DNA of 64,000 nt from Zootoca vivipara (Eukaryota). How positions within the stretch are numbered: the stretch's first letter is position 1; every line of letters begins with the position of its first letter. Position numbers and translations under genes: made by a program. The stretch lies in contig NC_083288.1 in the NCBI RefSeq assembly GCF_963506605.1, positions 26,970,001 to 27,034,000 on the forward strand. The letters are read 5' to 3'. The notes under the pieces were generated by a model. The model had not been told where the DNA came from. It saw only the letters and a program-made list of their open reading frames with translations, and searched no databases. Positions 1 through 13,800 of the stretch are shown piece by piece.

Positions 1-386
1 TATCACCAATGTCTCACAACAAATGTAACTGAAAAACCTGAATAGAATAATAATCATTAGAAAGAGACAATGCATGTGCTTTTGAAAACGATGGGAAATT
101 ACTATTTTTTACAATAAGAAAATGAATGTGTCGCAGCCCCCAGTATTTAAAGAGCCCCCACCCCTATTACATCATTAGAACCAGAACATAAACCTATGAA
201 CCTAGAAAAGAGCAAAAAACAAACAAAAAAACAATGTTTGGTCCAGATCCTGGGTACTGCACTCTCACTAAAGGAGACTGTATGGATGATTCACTTAATG
301 ATTGTAGGATGGCGTGTGTAACTGAGCTTATGGCCTCAGATTCTCTTTATCTTATACTAGTGTCATCTTATACTATTTATCTTATA

Positions 387-540
387 CTAGTGTCATTGAG
401 CCCGTTAAATAAACAGGCGCTAGAACATATGTGAGAGGAGCGGCGGGGCCGCGGCCTTCCCTCACTCTCTGCGCTCGGCTGCAGGGCGCGCCAGGAACGC
501 AAGTAAACAAACTCTCCTCTCACGGGCCAGGGAGGCACTA
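387..540 (-). mobile_element. Non-autonomous Helitron 3' end (fragment)
   Basis: Minus strand reads gcctgtttatttaacgggc (hairpin), ~9 nt spacer, then CTAG|T (CTAG at 387-390). This is the same architecture as the copy ending at 28622. The 5' limit is uncertain. Confidence 0.5.
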
Positions 541-3500
541 CTGATCCTAAACTGAATAGTTAGTTGCCCAGCCACCCCCTCCAGAACCCAGTGCTCTCAA
601 CTCACTCTCAACTGCCTCACATTCAAACTCCCTTTCAAATCCTCATCCAATCATGACTCTCCACCAGAATTCCACAATCTCTCTCTCTCCCTCTCCCTGT
701 CTCCCTCTTTAACATTCATTCCCATAATAATTCTGATAGTTACCTTAATAACCCTATTAATTCAATATTTTATACTCTCTGCTCCCTATAACCATACTGT
801 TAGAAGCACTTGAGCTTCCCATTCCTGGTTCCTAGGAAATGGTAAGCAAACTGCAGGTTCTCCATCCATGTTCCAAAAACCAGTTGTCTTCCCCCATATG
901 ATCCTGGGAATTGCATTTTGTTAGGGGTTCTGAGGATTGTAGGTCTGTGAGAGGGAAGTCACAATGGCACAAATCATTTCAGTGGAAGTCATGTGCTTTA
1001 AAGGCGCATTGGATGTTCTTTAAAACATAGCATTATAGAATTGTAGAGTTGGAAAGGATCCGAGGAGTCATCTAATCCAACCTGCAATGCAGGAATCTCA
1101 ACTACAGTAGATGATCCATGGCCAATGGCCATCCACGCGCTGCTTAAAAACCTCCAAGGAAGGAGAGTCATGGCTTCAGGGTCTAAGGGCCTCTGGAGCA
1201 GGAGAAAGCAAGCTTGCTCTATCCTCCATGTGACAGCCCTTTAGACTTTAGTTACCGGTATTGAAAGGCTGCATGGTGTGGATCTCATATCAGTGTTATG
1301 AGAGTGTAAGCAGCACATTTCATTTCCCTCTCCCCTTTCTCCACACCATGCAGAATTGCAATGGTAACCAGAAGGCTGGTGTTTGGAGCCCAGCCAGGGC
1401 TGGCTGTGGGCAGGATCCTTGCATTGCCGGGGGTTGGGCTAGGTGACCCCTGCCATGCTATGATTATATCAAGCAACTAAAGGAACAAAAAGATGCTTCT
1501 TAAACATTTGGAAATCATAGGAACACTCTCCCCACCAGTGGCTTCTAGCAAGAGCTTGTATCTTCCTTAGGAGATACGCAGGCCAGAACAAGGAGGGAAA
1601 GGCTCAGAGTTCAGGTAGGTGGAAATACCAATTGAGTTCCCTATACTATAGGAATGCTTCCTTCCCGTGTCGCCCACCCTCATGAGCCAGACTGCTGCTA
1701 TCATGGCTGGGAACCAGGCGCCTGCCGATTCCTCCGTTTTCTTTGCCTTTCCCCAACATATACTTTGTCCTGGCCAAATCCCTGGAGAGACGTGACGACC
1801 CTCAGGTACTGGGGCAGGGAGAAGGAAGGGGTCCCTGTGAAACACGCTTGGGGAGTCTCTGGCTTCCATCAAGTGCTTTTCAGAAGCATTGCTCCCTCCA
1901 ACAGGGGAGGTTGAGCTTAGCCATCACAGCTAGTTGCCTTTGATAGGCCTCTCCTCCATGCAATTGTCTCTGTTAGGATTTTTATATATCCTCTGGTGCA
2001 CAAGCAAGCAGCACATGTGTGACTGTTGTGTTTCTCACACTGAGTTTGAGATACTTCGTCAGACAATAAGTTTATATTATGTTTTCTTCCTAGTCATGTG
2101 ATGTTATTCTGTACTTTCCCCTTTGCTACTGCTCTCGATGGAGTAGGAAGCAAGATGCCTTACTCTGTTCCACCACAGCTTTGTAGACAGAGAAACTTTG
2201 TATATAGCCTGCAATAAAGTGGATTCAATTCTACTTTTCCGGCTCATTATTTCCTACTGCAAGCTGCAGAGGAATGTGTGTGCTTATCTCCACGGAGGAG
2301 GCAAGTTGCATATGGAGGCCTCTGGTCTGCTTTAGGCATCGGCAGCCAGGCACGGTCACTCGGAAATGCTGGTGGCTGGCGCAGTCTGCCGTCTGCACCG
2401 AGCGGCATTTCTAACAGTCTCACTCTCTTTGAAAGCCATCCCATCCAAGATGCTCTTGTGGTGCATATGATTCTCCTATGCTTCCTTGCTCCTGCAAGGA
2501 GATGACTATTGTGAGATCCTTTGGTTAACATCTCTGGGCTGGAAAATATTAAAGAATCAGAGGACTGGTGAGCTTCCCTTGAAGCACAACTGATCAAAGG
2601 CAGGCAGATCTGTTAGCATCTTGATAAAGAAGCTCAAAAGACAAAGGATATTCTAATACCCTGCAAGCATCTCAGAGAAAGCTCCCAAGCTGATGGAGAA
2701 GAGAGCAGTTAAGTGGTCAGTGGGGCCCCAGGTTGCCGTTTCTGGATCCCACTACAGCCCTTCCAAGTTGCCAAAGAAATCAATATCACAACAGTTTTGT
2801 TCCTCGCACCTCCTCTCCATGATCCCTCGCGGGGCCTTCTCAGACATATGCTGTGTCTGAACCAGCAGATCCCACCAAACCAAGTAATCAAGGACCCAGA
2901 CAGAAAAGGAGTGTGCGCAGTCATACCAAAAATTAGCAAAATACGGTAACTAAACAGGTACTAGAACTGGCCCAGAACTGGCCCTACTGAACATCTTCCA
3001 AGATAACAATGCTCACTCACATTAGAAAGAGCTCATAACCCACCGACAGCATACAATTCAATATGGCTAACTTAACCCAACAACCCCCCTCACCCATGCA
3101 CAAACAAATCCCACTGCAGCCAGCCAATGACTATCAACCACACCCTAGGCCACCCCAACCTCTCTCGCCACCAAGGAAATATAACAAGCGAATAGAAAGA
3201 TAACTTGCCCAAGTGATGCTGACAGAAAAACCCCAAGCATACAATAAATAAAAGAACTTAAGCTTTGCCACCCTGGTCCCTCTCTCCTGTTCCCCCCCCA
3301 CCCCCCGCATCCGCAAAACATGACCAGTCCAACAAAGTTCATTGCTTCAACACTGGTGATCTTTGCTTCTTCCAGTACACTGGCATTAGTTTGCCTGCCT
3401 TCCCAAGTGATGTGTAACCTCACCCCAAAATGAATGCTAAATAGGTAGGAGTCACAAAATAAAAATAGATTATTATTTCTTAAAGTTTTTATTTATACTT

Positions 3501-4129
3501 TTCAAGTTTATACATTTAATTAGTTTTACAATCAATTTAACATTTTAAAGTTTGACTTCCTTTTCCCTCTTTCTGCGGTTCCTTAAATTTATATTTTAAT
3601 ATCTTCTGCATATCCAAATTCATTTAATTTGCTCATTTAATTATCTACTTTAAATATATACTCTTATGAAACTTCATGTTATTACAATAATCCTGCTAAA
3701 GTTTTTATCTGTTTGCAATTTATCTGTAAATATTCAATAAACCCATTTCCACTCTTTTGTTATCTTGATTTCTTATTCTCACGGTAAGTTTCGCCATTTC
3801 TATATATTCCATAGGGAGGGACCCATGTGAAATTGGTAGATAGGAACTTGCTATCTAAATTGTTGAATCTGTAGTTGTGGGTGAAAGGGAGGTCAGTTGG
3901 TGGTATGTGGTTTTTTCGCTGTGCTGTTGTATTGTGAGGGGAATAGTGTTTATATGAGGTACATTTTTCTTACATTGCAATGTAGTCGAAGCAGAATTCC
4001 AAGTATGGTTGATACTTGGCCAATAAATTCTATTCTATTCTACTCTACTCAACTGTCACTTGAGTCTGCTTCTTTCTCCCTTCCTCCCCTCCTCCCCCTC
4101 CCCCTCTTTTTGTGAACTTTGGGGCAAAG

Positions 4130-5310
4130 GCTGCCTTGTCTACCGTAAGTGGACAGAACCGCTTTAAAAGCAAACCGGCCCACTGACAGTTGCCCCCCCC
4201 AGGCTCGCGCGCCTCCTGCCGGGATGCTTTGGCACGCTTGTGATTGGCCCACGGGGCGACGGTACCTGCCTTTTCATGCGCACGCAATCTGTCCCGCTCT
4301 TTTTTTCTATTAGAACCCGCCTTTGATCTTTTGATTGGCTGTATTCTGAATGGCTGAGGGTGGGGTTGGGAGGCGGGAGGTTAGGTTGCGCCAGGCCGCC
4401 CGGAAGTAAGACAAGCGCCTAGAAAGCGAGGGGGATTGGTCAAGTGGGAGTGATACGTAGGAGCTGCAATCTCGCTTCCTAGAGATAGGAAAGGTGAGAA
4501 AAGCGCGCAGCCTGAACTTCCCGTAATACAGAATCGCAACCCCTACGTTTGCCGACTCTCGGGCAAAGACGTCTAGGATTGCAGACTAAAATGCTTTTGA
4601 GAAAAGCGTTGTGATCTCTTGCGTTGCGGGAAAGCGATCCTGAACTCTTGAGCCGAACGGAATTCGAGAGCGGAAATGGCCGATGCCGAGGGGCTCTCTT
4701 CACTTTTTCCCTATCTCTAGCTCTCGCTTGCTCGCGCTCCTATTCTCGCAAGAAGGTGCTGAGATTCCACTGTCAGCTTCGAAGCCGCGACTGCGGTGCC
4801 CCGAGCGATGGGAGTGGGGAGGTGAGGAGAGAAGCCAATAAAATAAAAATTAGTAACCCCCTCACCCGACTTCTCCGCCCCGAGCCCTTCCTCTGTGTCT
4901 CCGTTCCCGGCGGTGGGCAGTAGGGGGGGAGGGGCATTTTGGCCGCTTTTCCTCCTTTCCCGGTGGGGGAGGGGGAGAGAGATAGAGACCTGCTGTGGCC
5001 CCGCCCCTTTTGCTCTGCATACCCCCCAAATCATTTCAAACTCTGGGATGTCCCTTTCCTGGTTGGGGGGGGGGCGGGGGCGGCTCATGACATTCCCTCC
5101 CCCATCCCTTTGGTATGGTCCTCAGTTCCTGTCACTCAAACGTTCTTCCCATTTCATTCCAGATTAGCTAACCCGGAATAATGGGCGTAATTGGCAAAAA
5201 AAACCAAACCCACGCCTTTCCTTGCCCTCCGCCGCCCCCCAATTACTGATGCACGTTAGGACTCCTACGGTCGGGTGGGTGAAAGCGTGTGAATGTAAGG
5301 GCGTCGTCAG
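4130..5310. promoter_or_regulatory. CpG-island promoter, probably of THAP7, with non-coding first exon
   Basis: Dense CpG. Several ATTGG (CCAAT) boxes near 4243, 4335 and 4436. ETS site CCGGAAGT at 4400-4407. Candidate donors (aag|gtgaga ~4494; gag|gtgagg ~4822). The THAP7 ATG directly follows a splice acceptor, so an upstream exon is required. Confidence 0.7.
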
Positions 5311-7192
5311 TCTGTTTTCAGGTGCCTGTGGGGTGGTATTAAAAGGATCAGACTAGGACCTTGGTGTGTGAGGGGGGTGGGAATCCTGGCTTCATTCCCC
5401 CACTATTTGGTTCTGAAGCTGGTTAGGGTGACCTTGAACTAGCCACCCACCTCACAGGGTTGTTGTGGGGGTTGAAGTGAGTGGTGGCAGTGGAAGAGCA
5501 CCGGAGCCATGAACCCCCCAGGGCGATGGATGGGATACAGGTTTTAAAAATAAATAACGCCTTGGGAGATCAGCAGCTGAATGAACTGAATGCTTGTGAG
5601 ACGTATGAAACCTTCTGTCTGGGCCTCTCTGTGTTTCACTTAAGGGCAGTGTTTTCTTGTTCCTATCTCGTACCGCTATATTTTCTCAGCATCAGCTTCT
5701 GCTCTCTGTATACTTCAGCTACCATGTTACATTGGATCTATTTAGGCCAGCATTCTGATGCAGCATTGGCCAAGTAGATCCCCTGGAATGCCCCACCCTT
5801 CCCAGCAGTGGATGAAGGCAACTCTCATTCCCTGTTGCTTTGTGCCAATATCTGGTAACTGGAGACCTTCAGTTTCAAAAGTCGAAGGGTATGGCCCCGT
5901 ATACAATGGGTGCACAATCTAAAACTAACAGCAGGAAGCAAACAACATAGAATGCTGGATAGAACTTGGAAGAAGTGTACATCCAAAGATGGATGTAAGA
6001 GACTGTGGAAGAATAATTTCCACTTATAGCAGTTGATGGTCTTCTCCATAAACATGTTCAATGCTCTTTTCTTTTTTAAAATACTAAGTTATCACATCTG
6101 GGTATTGAATTCACTGCAATAATATGCTGTGTGCAGAAGTATGTTCCTTTCCCTGTCCTTGGCCTATGCCAAATCAGTTTTATTGGATGACCCTGTTCTA
6201 GTATCCTTTCCCCCTCAGCACTCATAATTTTATATTGTTTTGCGCAAGTAATTTTCTCTTCGCTTCAGATTCCGTTTGGTTTTTGAGCATTTTGGTTTGA
6301 TGCTTTGATTGTCTCTCCCCACAACCCCAAACCCTGACAAGAGATTCAGTAATCCATGAGGAGAGCTTCAGTAATCTTCTTCCAAAGGATACATGACTTG
6401 CACAGCCTTATGCCAATTCCTGAAGATGGTTGCTTTGCTTTTAGAGCTGTTCAAACCCTAAGTGTATTTACTTAAATGGTTTCTGGGATATTGCTTTAGC
6501 GTTATAAGGATGTTATGTGCTACCTTGTTGTTTCTGCTGTTCTACAATGAGAGATACAGAGGCCCAGAAAATATATGGGAGCTTTTCTTTTTTCTGCCGC
6601 CCCCCCATTATTTCTGATACCTTGAAAAATGATTGAAACAGATGCAAACAGAGAGTAGGTGTTCATAAAGTATAACAAAAGGAAGAACCTGTGTGACTTG
6701 AGAGTCAGCTTGTGTGTATTCCATGCCAGACTGAAAAACTTACTGTGTTCCTGTGCAAGGGATCCTGTTTCTTCAGCATCTTAGATGTCTTGTGAAGGTG
6801 GGCTTTAAGTTTTGTCTGCAATGCTGGTGAAATCTCATAAACCAGGCGGGTGGATGAAGATTTCCAGTGGTTATATTGTGGGGTGGGACTTTGCTTCCCT
6901 ATATAGCTCCTTGTCTTAACCTCTGCCTAAAAAACAAAAACTAGCAGATTATGCAAATAAATTGTGCTGATTATAATAATTTATACAGATGATAGAATTC
7001 AGATGCTTTTGTCACCAAATTATGATAACTTGTTGCAGAACATGGGACTTTCTTAGCACACTTAGTCAGCTCTTGGAGCTTCTGATTACCCAACATGCCC
7101 CTTCCTCTTAAAATACAAATATAATGGCTTCTATAGCTTACCCTGAGTCCTCAGGATAGTGTGGGTTTTAAAGTTCCTCTCTTTTCTTATAG

Positions 7193-7272
7193 ATGCCCCG
7201 CCACTGTTCTGCCACTGGCTGCTGCACCCGTGACACTCCTGAGACACGCAACCGAGGCATTTCCTTCCATCG
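7193..7272 (+). CDS. THAP7: THAP7 coding exon 1
   Basis: Translates MPRHCSATGCCTRDTPETRNRGISFH(R), the THAP7 N-terminus. Polypyrimidine+AG directly precedes the ATG. Phase-2 donor gtgaga at 7273. Confidence 0.95.
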
Positions 7273-7525
7273 GTGAGAGTTGATGCTATTCTGGGCCCAC
7301 CCAATCTCTCATTCAAAATGGTGCCCATTTTGAATTGAGGGCTGGCTGCCATTAGTCTGCAGGAATATCATGCTGGGGATATTAGTATTTCTTATTATAT
7401 TTCTGTCCCACCCTGTGTGTGTGTAGCCATTGATCCAAAGTTAGAGCTGTCACAAGGTAGAGTAAAGGCTAAGAAAATCTGATTCCTGCTGTCACTCCTT
7501 TGACTGGTTGAAGATCTTTCCATTA

Positions 7526-8180
7526 CAGTGGTACCTTGGTTCTCAAACTTAATCTATTCCGGAAATCCATTCCGAAACCAAAGCATTCCAAAACCAAGGC
7601 GCACTTTCCCATAGAAAGTAATGCAAAACAGATCAATCCATTCCAGACTTTTAAAAACAACCACTAAAACAGCAATTTAACATGAATTTTACTATCTAAC
7701 AAGACCATTGATCCATAAAATGAAAGCAATAATCAATGTAATATACTATACTATAAATAAGACAGTATTGTACTGTAGATGATAAAAATTAAAATTATTA
7801 TTTTTTCCTTACCTGCACTGATGATAGTCATTGTTTGGATGGGGGCTTTTATCCATTTCCGCAGTCACACAATCAATCAGTAGCTGAACTGGGTTCCACA
7901 CAGTCACAAAAACAAATTAACCGAAATTGCCTAAAAAGCAAAAATGCAAAATGAATAGCAAAAACAAAAGCGCCAAATTTTATCCATTCCGGAAGTCTGT
8001 TTGACTTCCGAAATGTTTGAAAACCAAGGCGCAACTTCCGATTGCTGCAGGTGCCCCAGAAACAATAGCCAGCAGCCGTATCAGATGTTCGGCTTCCAAA
8101 AAACAGTTGAAAATCGGAACACTTACTTCTGGGTTTTCGGCGTTTGAGAACCAAGGCGTCTGAGAACCAAGGTGCCACTG
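7526..8180. mobile_element. Tc1/mariner (Tigger-like) non-autonomous element
   Basis: TIRs cagtggtaccttggttctca / tgagaaccaaggtgccactg, flanked by TA on both sides. Confidence 0.85.
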
Positions 8181-8824
8181 TATTTCCCTGTTATCATTTC
8201 TGGAGTTCACAGTGCCTTTTTACAGTAACTTAAGCAGATTTCGCACAAACAGAAGCTGTAGTATGCATACTTTTTTTTAAAGTAACAATAATGTCCTGCC
8301 CTCTCCCTCACACACAAAAAAAGCGTTCAAGATAGGGGTTTGTTGGCATGAAATGTGAACAGGAAGGTTAAGTTGCAGGTTGGCTTCACAAAAAACTATG
8401 GAATATTTTACTTAGCCACACTTCCTTTCCTTTTGCACCGCAGTGATACTGTTGGCTGAACAGCCATAATCTCTGGGAATAGTAATGTAAATATCCTTGT
8501 AGTGTCTCCTAGTGTTAACGGGTGATGCCGTAGTTCTTTTTCCAGCCTGGGAAAGAGCCTTATGTTAGCCAAGTATCTGGAGTCCCAAGGGATCAGTCAG
8601 ACTCAGTTTGACACTAAGCTACTCACCCAGAGCAATTGTTATTCCATGATCAAATCACACTTTTGCTCTATGATGCACTAAGTCCACATGACAGGGAAGC
8701 TTCTGGGACGACATTTTCAGACAAATGTCCTTGTGCTCGGGAAGAAGGCCTCCATTGTTTCGCTGCAGGCTGCTACTCATCCTTGCCTGGCTAACTCTGA
8801 CTCACCTCCTGTGTGTGCTCCTAG

Positions 8825-8977
8825 ACTTCCAAAGGACAACCCCCGGCGAGTGATGTGGTTGGAGAATTGTCGGAGGAAGGACTTGACCGGCGAGGGTCTT
8901 TGGGACCCTGCCTCCAAGTATGTTTACTTTTGCTCCAAGCACTTTGAGAAGAGTTGCTTCGAACTGGTGGGCACCAG
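8825..8977 (+). CDS. THAP7: THAP7 coding exon 2 (THAP zinc finger)
   Basis: ctag| then LPKDNPRRVMWLENCRRKDLTGEGLWDPASKYVYFCSKHFEKSCFELVGT then |gtaggt. Contains the THAP P, W and CxxHF residues; phases 2-2. Confidence 0.95.
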
Positions 8978-9821
8978 GTAGGTCACTGGAATATGAAAGG
9001 GCATGAACAGCTAAGCAGAATTAAAACAGGTGGATATGGTCACAATTGGACAATTATTAGATTATACATTTGACATTGGCAAAGATGCTGCTTGCAGAGG
9101 GGGTGGAGAAGGGAGCTAGAAATGACTTTAAGGCCAGTCGGGAGGGGGAACAGTTGTTGAAGGCCAGAAAGCTGTCATGGAAGACCCGCCCTGTGTGGTT
9201 TATTCAGGGTGACCAGCTTTCAATTTAAATATTTTTTTTGGGGTGGGGGCAGAATCCAATGTGTGCAGATGCTGAAAAGATAAACCTAGACATATCCAAG
9301 TCACCAAGTCCTGTTAGATCAGTTTGATAAAGTAATGAAGGTGTGTAAGGATCTTAAGTAATATGTATTGGGAAAAGCCTCTTCCTGAGTCCTTAAGTAT
9401 CACCGAGAGCAGATAGTAGTGGGCAATAATGGTCCGACTCATTATAAAGCAATTTTATATCTTCTTAGGAGAATAAGCAAGTGTGGGAGTGCTGTATTGT
9501 GGAGGTCACGCTGGATTATCTCCATTGAGATTGGTGGGGAGAAATCCAAATTTAAGCAGCATGTGTTACTTACAAAGTTCATTCTGTTTATTTGGGACTC
9601 CGCACATGCAGTTGCACGTGCAGAGATCTAGAGGGGAAACATTGCAATGCAGAAATATAACTAGCTAACTGCAGGTGCAGCTAGGACCTCCCAGAACCCA
9701 GCAGCTCCCCAAAAAGAGATGTCTTGCTGCAAGGTCTATAGTTCAGATGACCTTCCAGAGAAGGATGCTTGCCTGTCTGAAGCCAGAGATGGCTAATGAG
9801 CACTGATGCTCCTTTTTGCAG

Positions 9822-9938
9822 TGGCTACCATCGGCTCAAAGAGGGTGCTGTTCCCACAATATTTGAACTTCACGCCAAACTGCGCAAAAAATCAAAGCTA
9901 GGCAACTCGAAACTCGCGAAACGTCAGCAGAAGCAGAG
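9822..9938 (+). CDS. THAP7: THAP7 coding exon 3
   Basis: ttttgcag| then SGYHRLKEGAVPTIFELHAKLRKK... then |gtgagt. Carries the AVPTIF box that closes THAP domains. Confidence 0.93.
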
Positions 9939-10285
9939 GTGAGTACTGTCCTTCTGGCTTCTCTTGCCATGCTCCATGGAAGTTCTTCCCTCCCTCCCTT
10001 TACCATCCTATGAATGTTAATTATGTTTAGTGGGGCTTGCTTCTTCAGAAGTGTGCACACAGAAATGCTGCCTTACTGCAGGGTTAGGGAAGCTGCCGCC
10101 CTCCAGTTGAAGTTGGACCACAGTTGTTGCTCCATGCTGGCATGCTTGGGTTATTTCAGGAAACGTCTGCAACAAGGACATGTCCAATTTTGTCCTCTTC
10201 TGCTTGTCACTGCACCTGTGATAAAAGTGTGGCAGATCTTCCCCCTGGGTTCCTGTCTGACCAGGGTTCTGTTTCTTGCCTACAG

Positions 10286-10841
10286 CTGCAGCCGTTGCCT
10301 GGAGGAGGAGTTGAGTCCTTTGTGCATGGACATCTCATGCTTCCCTGCACAAGAGCTGTCAAGCCCTGGGGCTGCTCCCACCAGCAGCGAGCCTCGAAGC
10401 CAGCCTGACCTCCCGGGGCCGGCGTCAGAGAGCCTGGCCACCCTGTCAGACATTCCCCTGGAACAGTCACCCGCTGCTACTGGCCAGGAAGGAGCTTCTC
10501 CTTCTCCGGCCCTCCCGGAGCCTGTGGGGGATTCATCCCACCCCGTTTCCCTCTCTCTCTACATGTTGCGCCTGCCTCCCCCAGCTGGGGCTTACATCCA
10601 GAACGAGCACAGCTACCAGGTAGGCAGTGCCTTGCTGTGGAAGCGGCGAGCGGAGGCAGCCCTCGATGCTCTGGGGAAGGCGCAGCGGCAGCTCCAGGCC
10701 TGCCGGCGCCGAGAACAGCGACTCCGCCTTCGGATCTGCGAGCTTCTGCGTGAGCGGCGGCCACACAGCGCCGAGGCACATCGACGGCTCAAGGAGCACC
10801 TGCAGGTCTTTGAACTGCAGCTCCTCAATGACCTTGAGTAA
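10286..10841 (+). CDS. THAP7: THAP7 coding exon 4 (HCF-1-binding EHSY motif, coiled coil)
   Basis: YMLRLPPPAGAYIQNEHSYQVGSALLWKRRAEAALDAL matches the THAP7 C-terminus. Best acceptor is gtttcttgcctacag (10285); in-frame alternatives exist upstream. TAA at 10839-10841; AATAAA at 11018-11023. Confidence 0.88.
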
Positions 10842-13800
10842 CTTTGGGGCGGGCCAAAACTGACCTTTCCCTGTTTGGTACACTCTCAGCTTCAGGCTGT
10901 GTGATGGTCCCTGCAGCTAAGCTGTGTGTCAAAACTCGGGGTCCTCCAGTCTAGCTGGCCACTTGGCATTTGCCGCCTTCCCTTTCACCATTCATTCGCA
11001 TATAATCTGTACCTGTAAATAAATATTGTTTTGTATGATGGATGCTTCCTACTCGTCTGAAAGACACCTGGTTGCTTTTACAGCAGATTTGCAACAGCTG
11101 TCAACCTGCGGCCTTCAGCATGGTGTTGCCTGAGGTGTAGGAAGGATCATACAGTTTCTAGCAAGTTTCGGCTCAACCTTGCTCACGAGGAGATTGAATT
11201 AGGGGGTGTAAGGGATAAAGGTTGCCCTGTTTTCTGATGGATTATAGGTTTACAAGGATCTTAAGATCCTGTGGGCCAAGGCATCCTTATCCCACTGAGG
11301 CTCATCTATAAAATATATATAAATACTTCAGGCGGAGTGATGTGCATCAGCAGGAGAAGAGCAAACTCGCCATGCTGGAGATGGCACTATCTTTTGAGGA
11401 ACAGTTCAGTAAAACCACTCAGATGGTTCTAAGTAAGTAAGCCAAAAGCTTAAGTGAAGTCTAGGCTGCTAGACTTGCTGCGAAGCAAAACCTGTCCGCC
11501 TATCAGCTGAGTTAGGCCTAGTGTATGTTAGAAAAGGACAGAAGCGCTAAGACAGAGGAACAATAAGTACCATTTGTTGGGCGTTTCTCATGTGCACTCA
11601 TAAACACAACCATCTGTGCTCTTCAAATAGCCTTTTGCAACAATATTTTATTCAAAATGCTGGAGGGTCATGGGTGAATATGAGTCTCATTACTGATAAT
11701 TGAAACCTGCTCTGGGAGCCTTTTTCAGCTCAAAGAGTAGAGTGAAAACAGGTTTAAAATGCACATTAGTGGCATGCAGAAGGCTGCTTACCCGTAAAAA
11801 TCTATTGTTGGACTGGGGCAACTGATTTCTATAGTTTGCAATGGTTGCAGGATATTTCACTTTGTGCTAACACCCGTCAAGGACTCGGCTGCCTGAACAG
11901 AACCACTTACATGCCTATCATGACTATCACAACCCGCAAGGGTGGGTGGAACAAGGATGTGGCTCCTCAGAAATATTCCTAGCCTCTCTTCTGAATGTTC
12001 AGCTGTTTTTTTAAAATAAAAAAACCTAAGTCTCTAGTCCTTTTTCCTAGAAAGTACCCAGACAGACTTTTGTCCAGTTGCTCTCTAAAAATAAAATTGC
12101 TGTTGTCTTCTATTGTTTTCTGGCTAATGAATGAAAAGGCACTGGAATAACTGATGAGCTCTAATCCATTATTTTATTTTTTTGTACTTTTGATTTTATT
12201 TGTATTTAACACCATGAAGCAAAATAAATATACTGGGCTACTCCAACTCATATCCTGGTTGTCCTGAATAAAATGTCCGGCTACAGAATAGCTGCAATGA
12301 TCTACCATAAAATGTAGAGAACTCAGCCAGTGGAAGAGAATTACATGCCCATTTCTTCCAGGTTAAGGGGTCCCAAAGAGATGCCTTGTCTGAGAGCCTC
12401 CAAAATCCTGTTGCTGGGTTTATTTTTTAAACCAGGGATGGGGAACCTGTGGCACTCCAGCTATTGTCGACATAGCCAGTGGTCAAGCACCCTTCCATGC
12501 GCAGTTCATGAGGCAGAAAGAGTTTCAAACTTTAAACACTTCCTGAAAACCCATCTATTTAAGCTGGCATTCCCAGGCTCATCAGATTCACCATGTTCTA
12601 TTATTTATTGATATTTAACTGAATGTTTTATTGATGGCTTTTCTGTTTTTACTCATGTATTTCTTTGCATTTTTGGTTTTAAATGTTGTACATACATTTT
12701 TCTTTTTCTTGCCTTACTATGCTTTATGTAAACCACGTAGGTATTTTGTATATTAAGTGGCATATAAATCTTATTGATGATGATAATAGCAGCCACATGT
12801 TCCCTATTCCTGTTTTAAATAGTGCTATATAAAGCTGTTACATAGCCTAATTTTATAGTAAAGCACAAGATACAGTTCTAAAGAGACATGGGATAAAATA
12901 TGAATGGGAAATATATAGGAACCCTTACGCACCTTGAGAAAATGAGTACTCTTGAAGATGTCCTGGTGCCGAAATGCCATCAAGAGACAAGGAATGAAGT
13001 GAACCTGCTCCTCATCCCTTCAACCTCAACTACACCTTAGCAATGAGATGTAGGGATAACCTGACTAATCACTATAGGCAACATGACCAGTCACCAGAGA
13101 CTAGCTTTGTGACCTCACCTGTCCATTGTGACATCACATTCATAGGCTGTGGCTGTGACTGCCAGGGAAATACCACCCCCAGTTTACTTATAACTGCAGA
13201 AAAGACTTGTACCTGTTAGTCCCCAGCTCTATAATACTTTGGGTTACCTGCTAAACTTAGCAAATTGGCATGCCCTGTGTCGTCGTCCTATAACAGAAGT
13301 GCGTGTCTACAACAGGCACCAAAGCTAAACAAGCTACAATCATCAAAGCGAAACACTTAATTCGTATGGATGCCAATGGCAGAATTGAACCCAATCTTAA
13401 ATACCACTGGAATCAATAGAAATTTAAAAGTGGTCAACTTCAGCTGATTCATACCAATTAAGTCTAAAAAGCTGAGCTCACTGTTAGCGTGTAGAGTTAT
13501 GGGCCAAGCTACACATGACAAGATGTCACTTGAAATATATAAATCTCTCCCTCCCCATTTTTTTAAACTGGCTGCTGAGTGGTCTAGTTGAGCCTGTGGT
13601 GCACTGGGAAGTGGGATTTAACTTGTCCCACCCCCAATACTATAGCCCTGCTGAAAATCACCTCCCTCCTCCCCAAAAGAAAAGCTATTGCATTGGGATG
13701 GGAGCTTCTCTCCCTTTCCAAAAGGCAGTTGGCATTTTTGTTGAGACCATGGAATGAGAGGAAAAGGCTACCCCTTCCACGCCGTCCGCCCTCTCCCTTG

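Noticed and set aside
10207-10883. Several antisense and alternate-frame ORFs over THAP7 exon 4
   Set aside because: Shadows of a GC-rich coding exon, with no recognisable domains.
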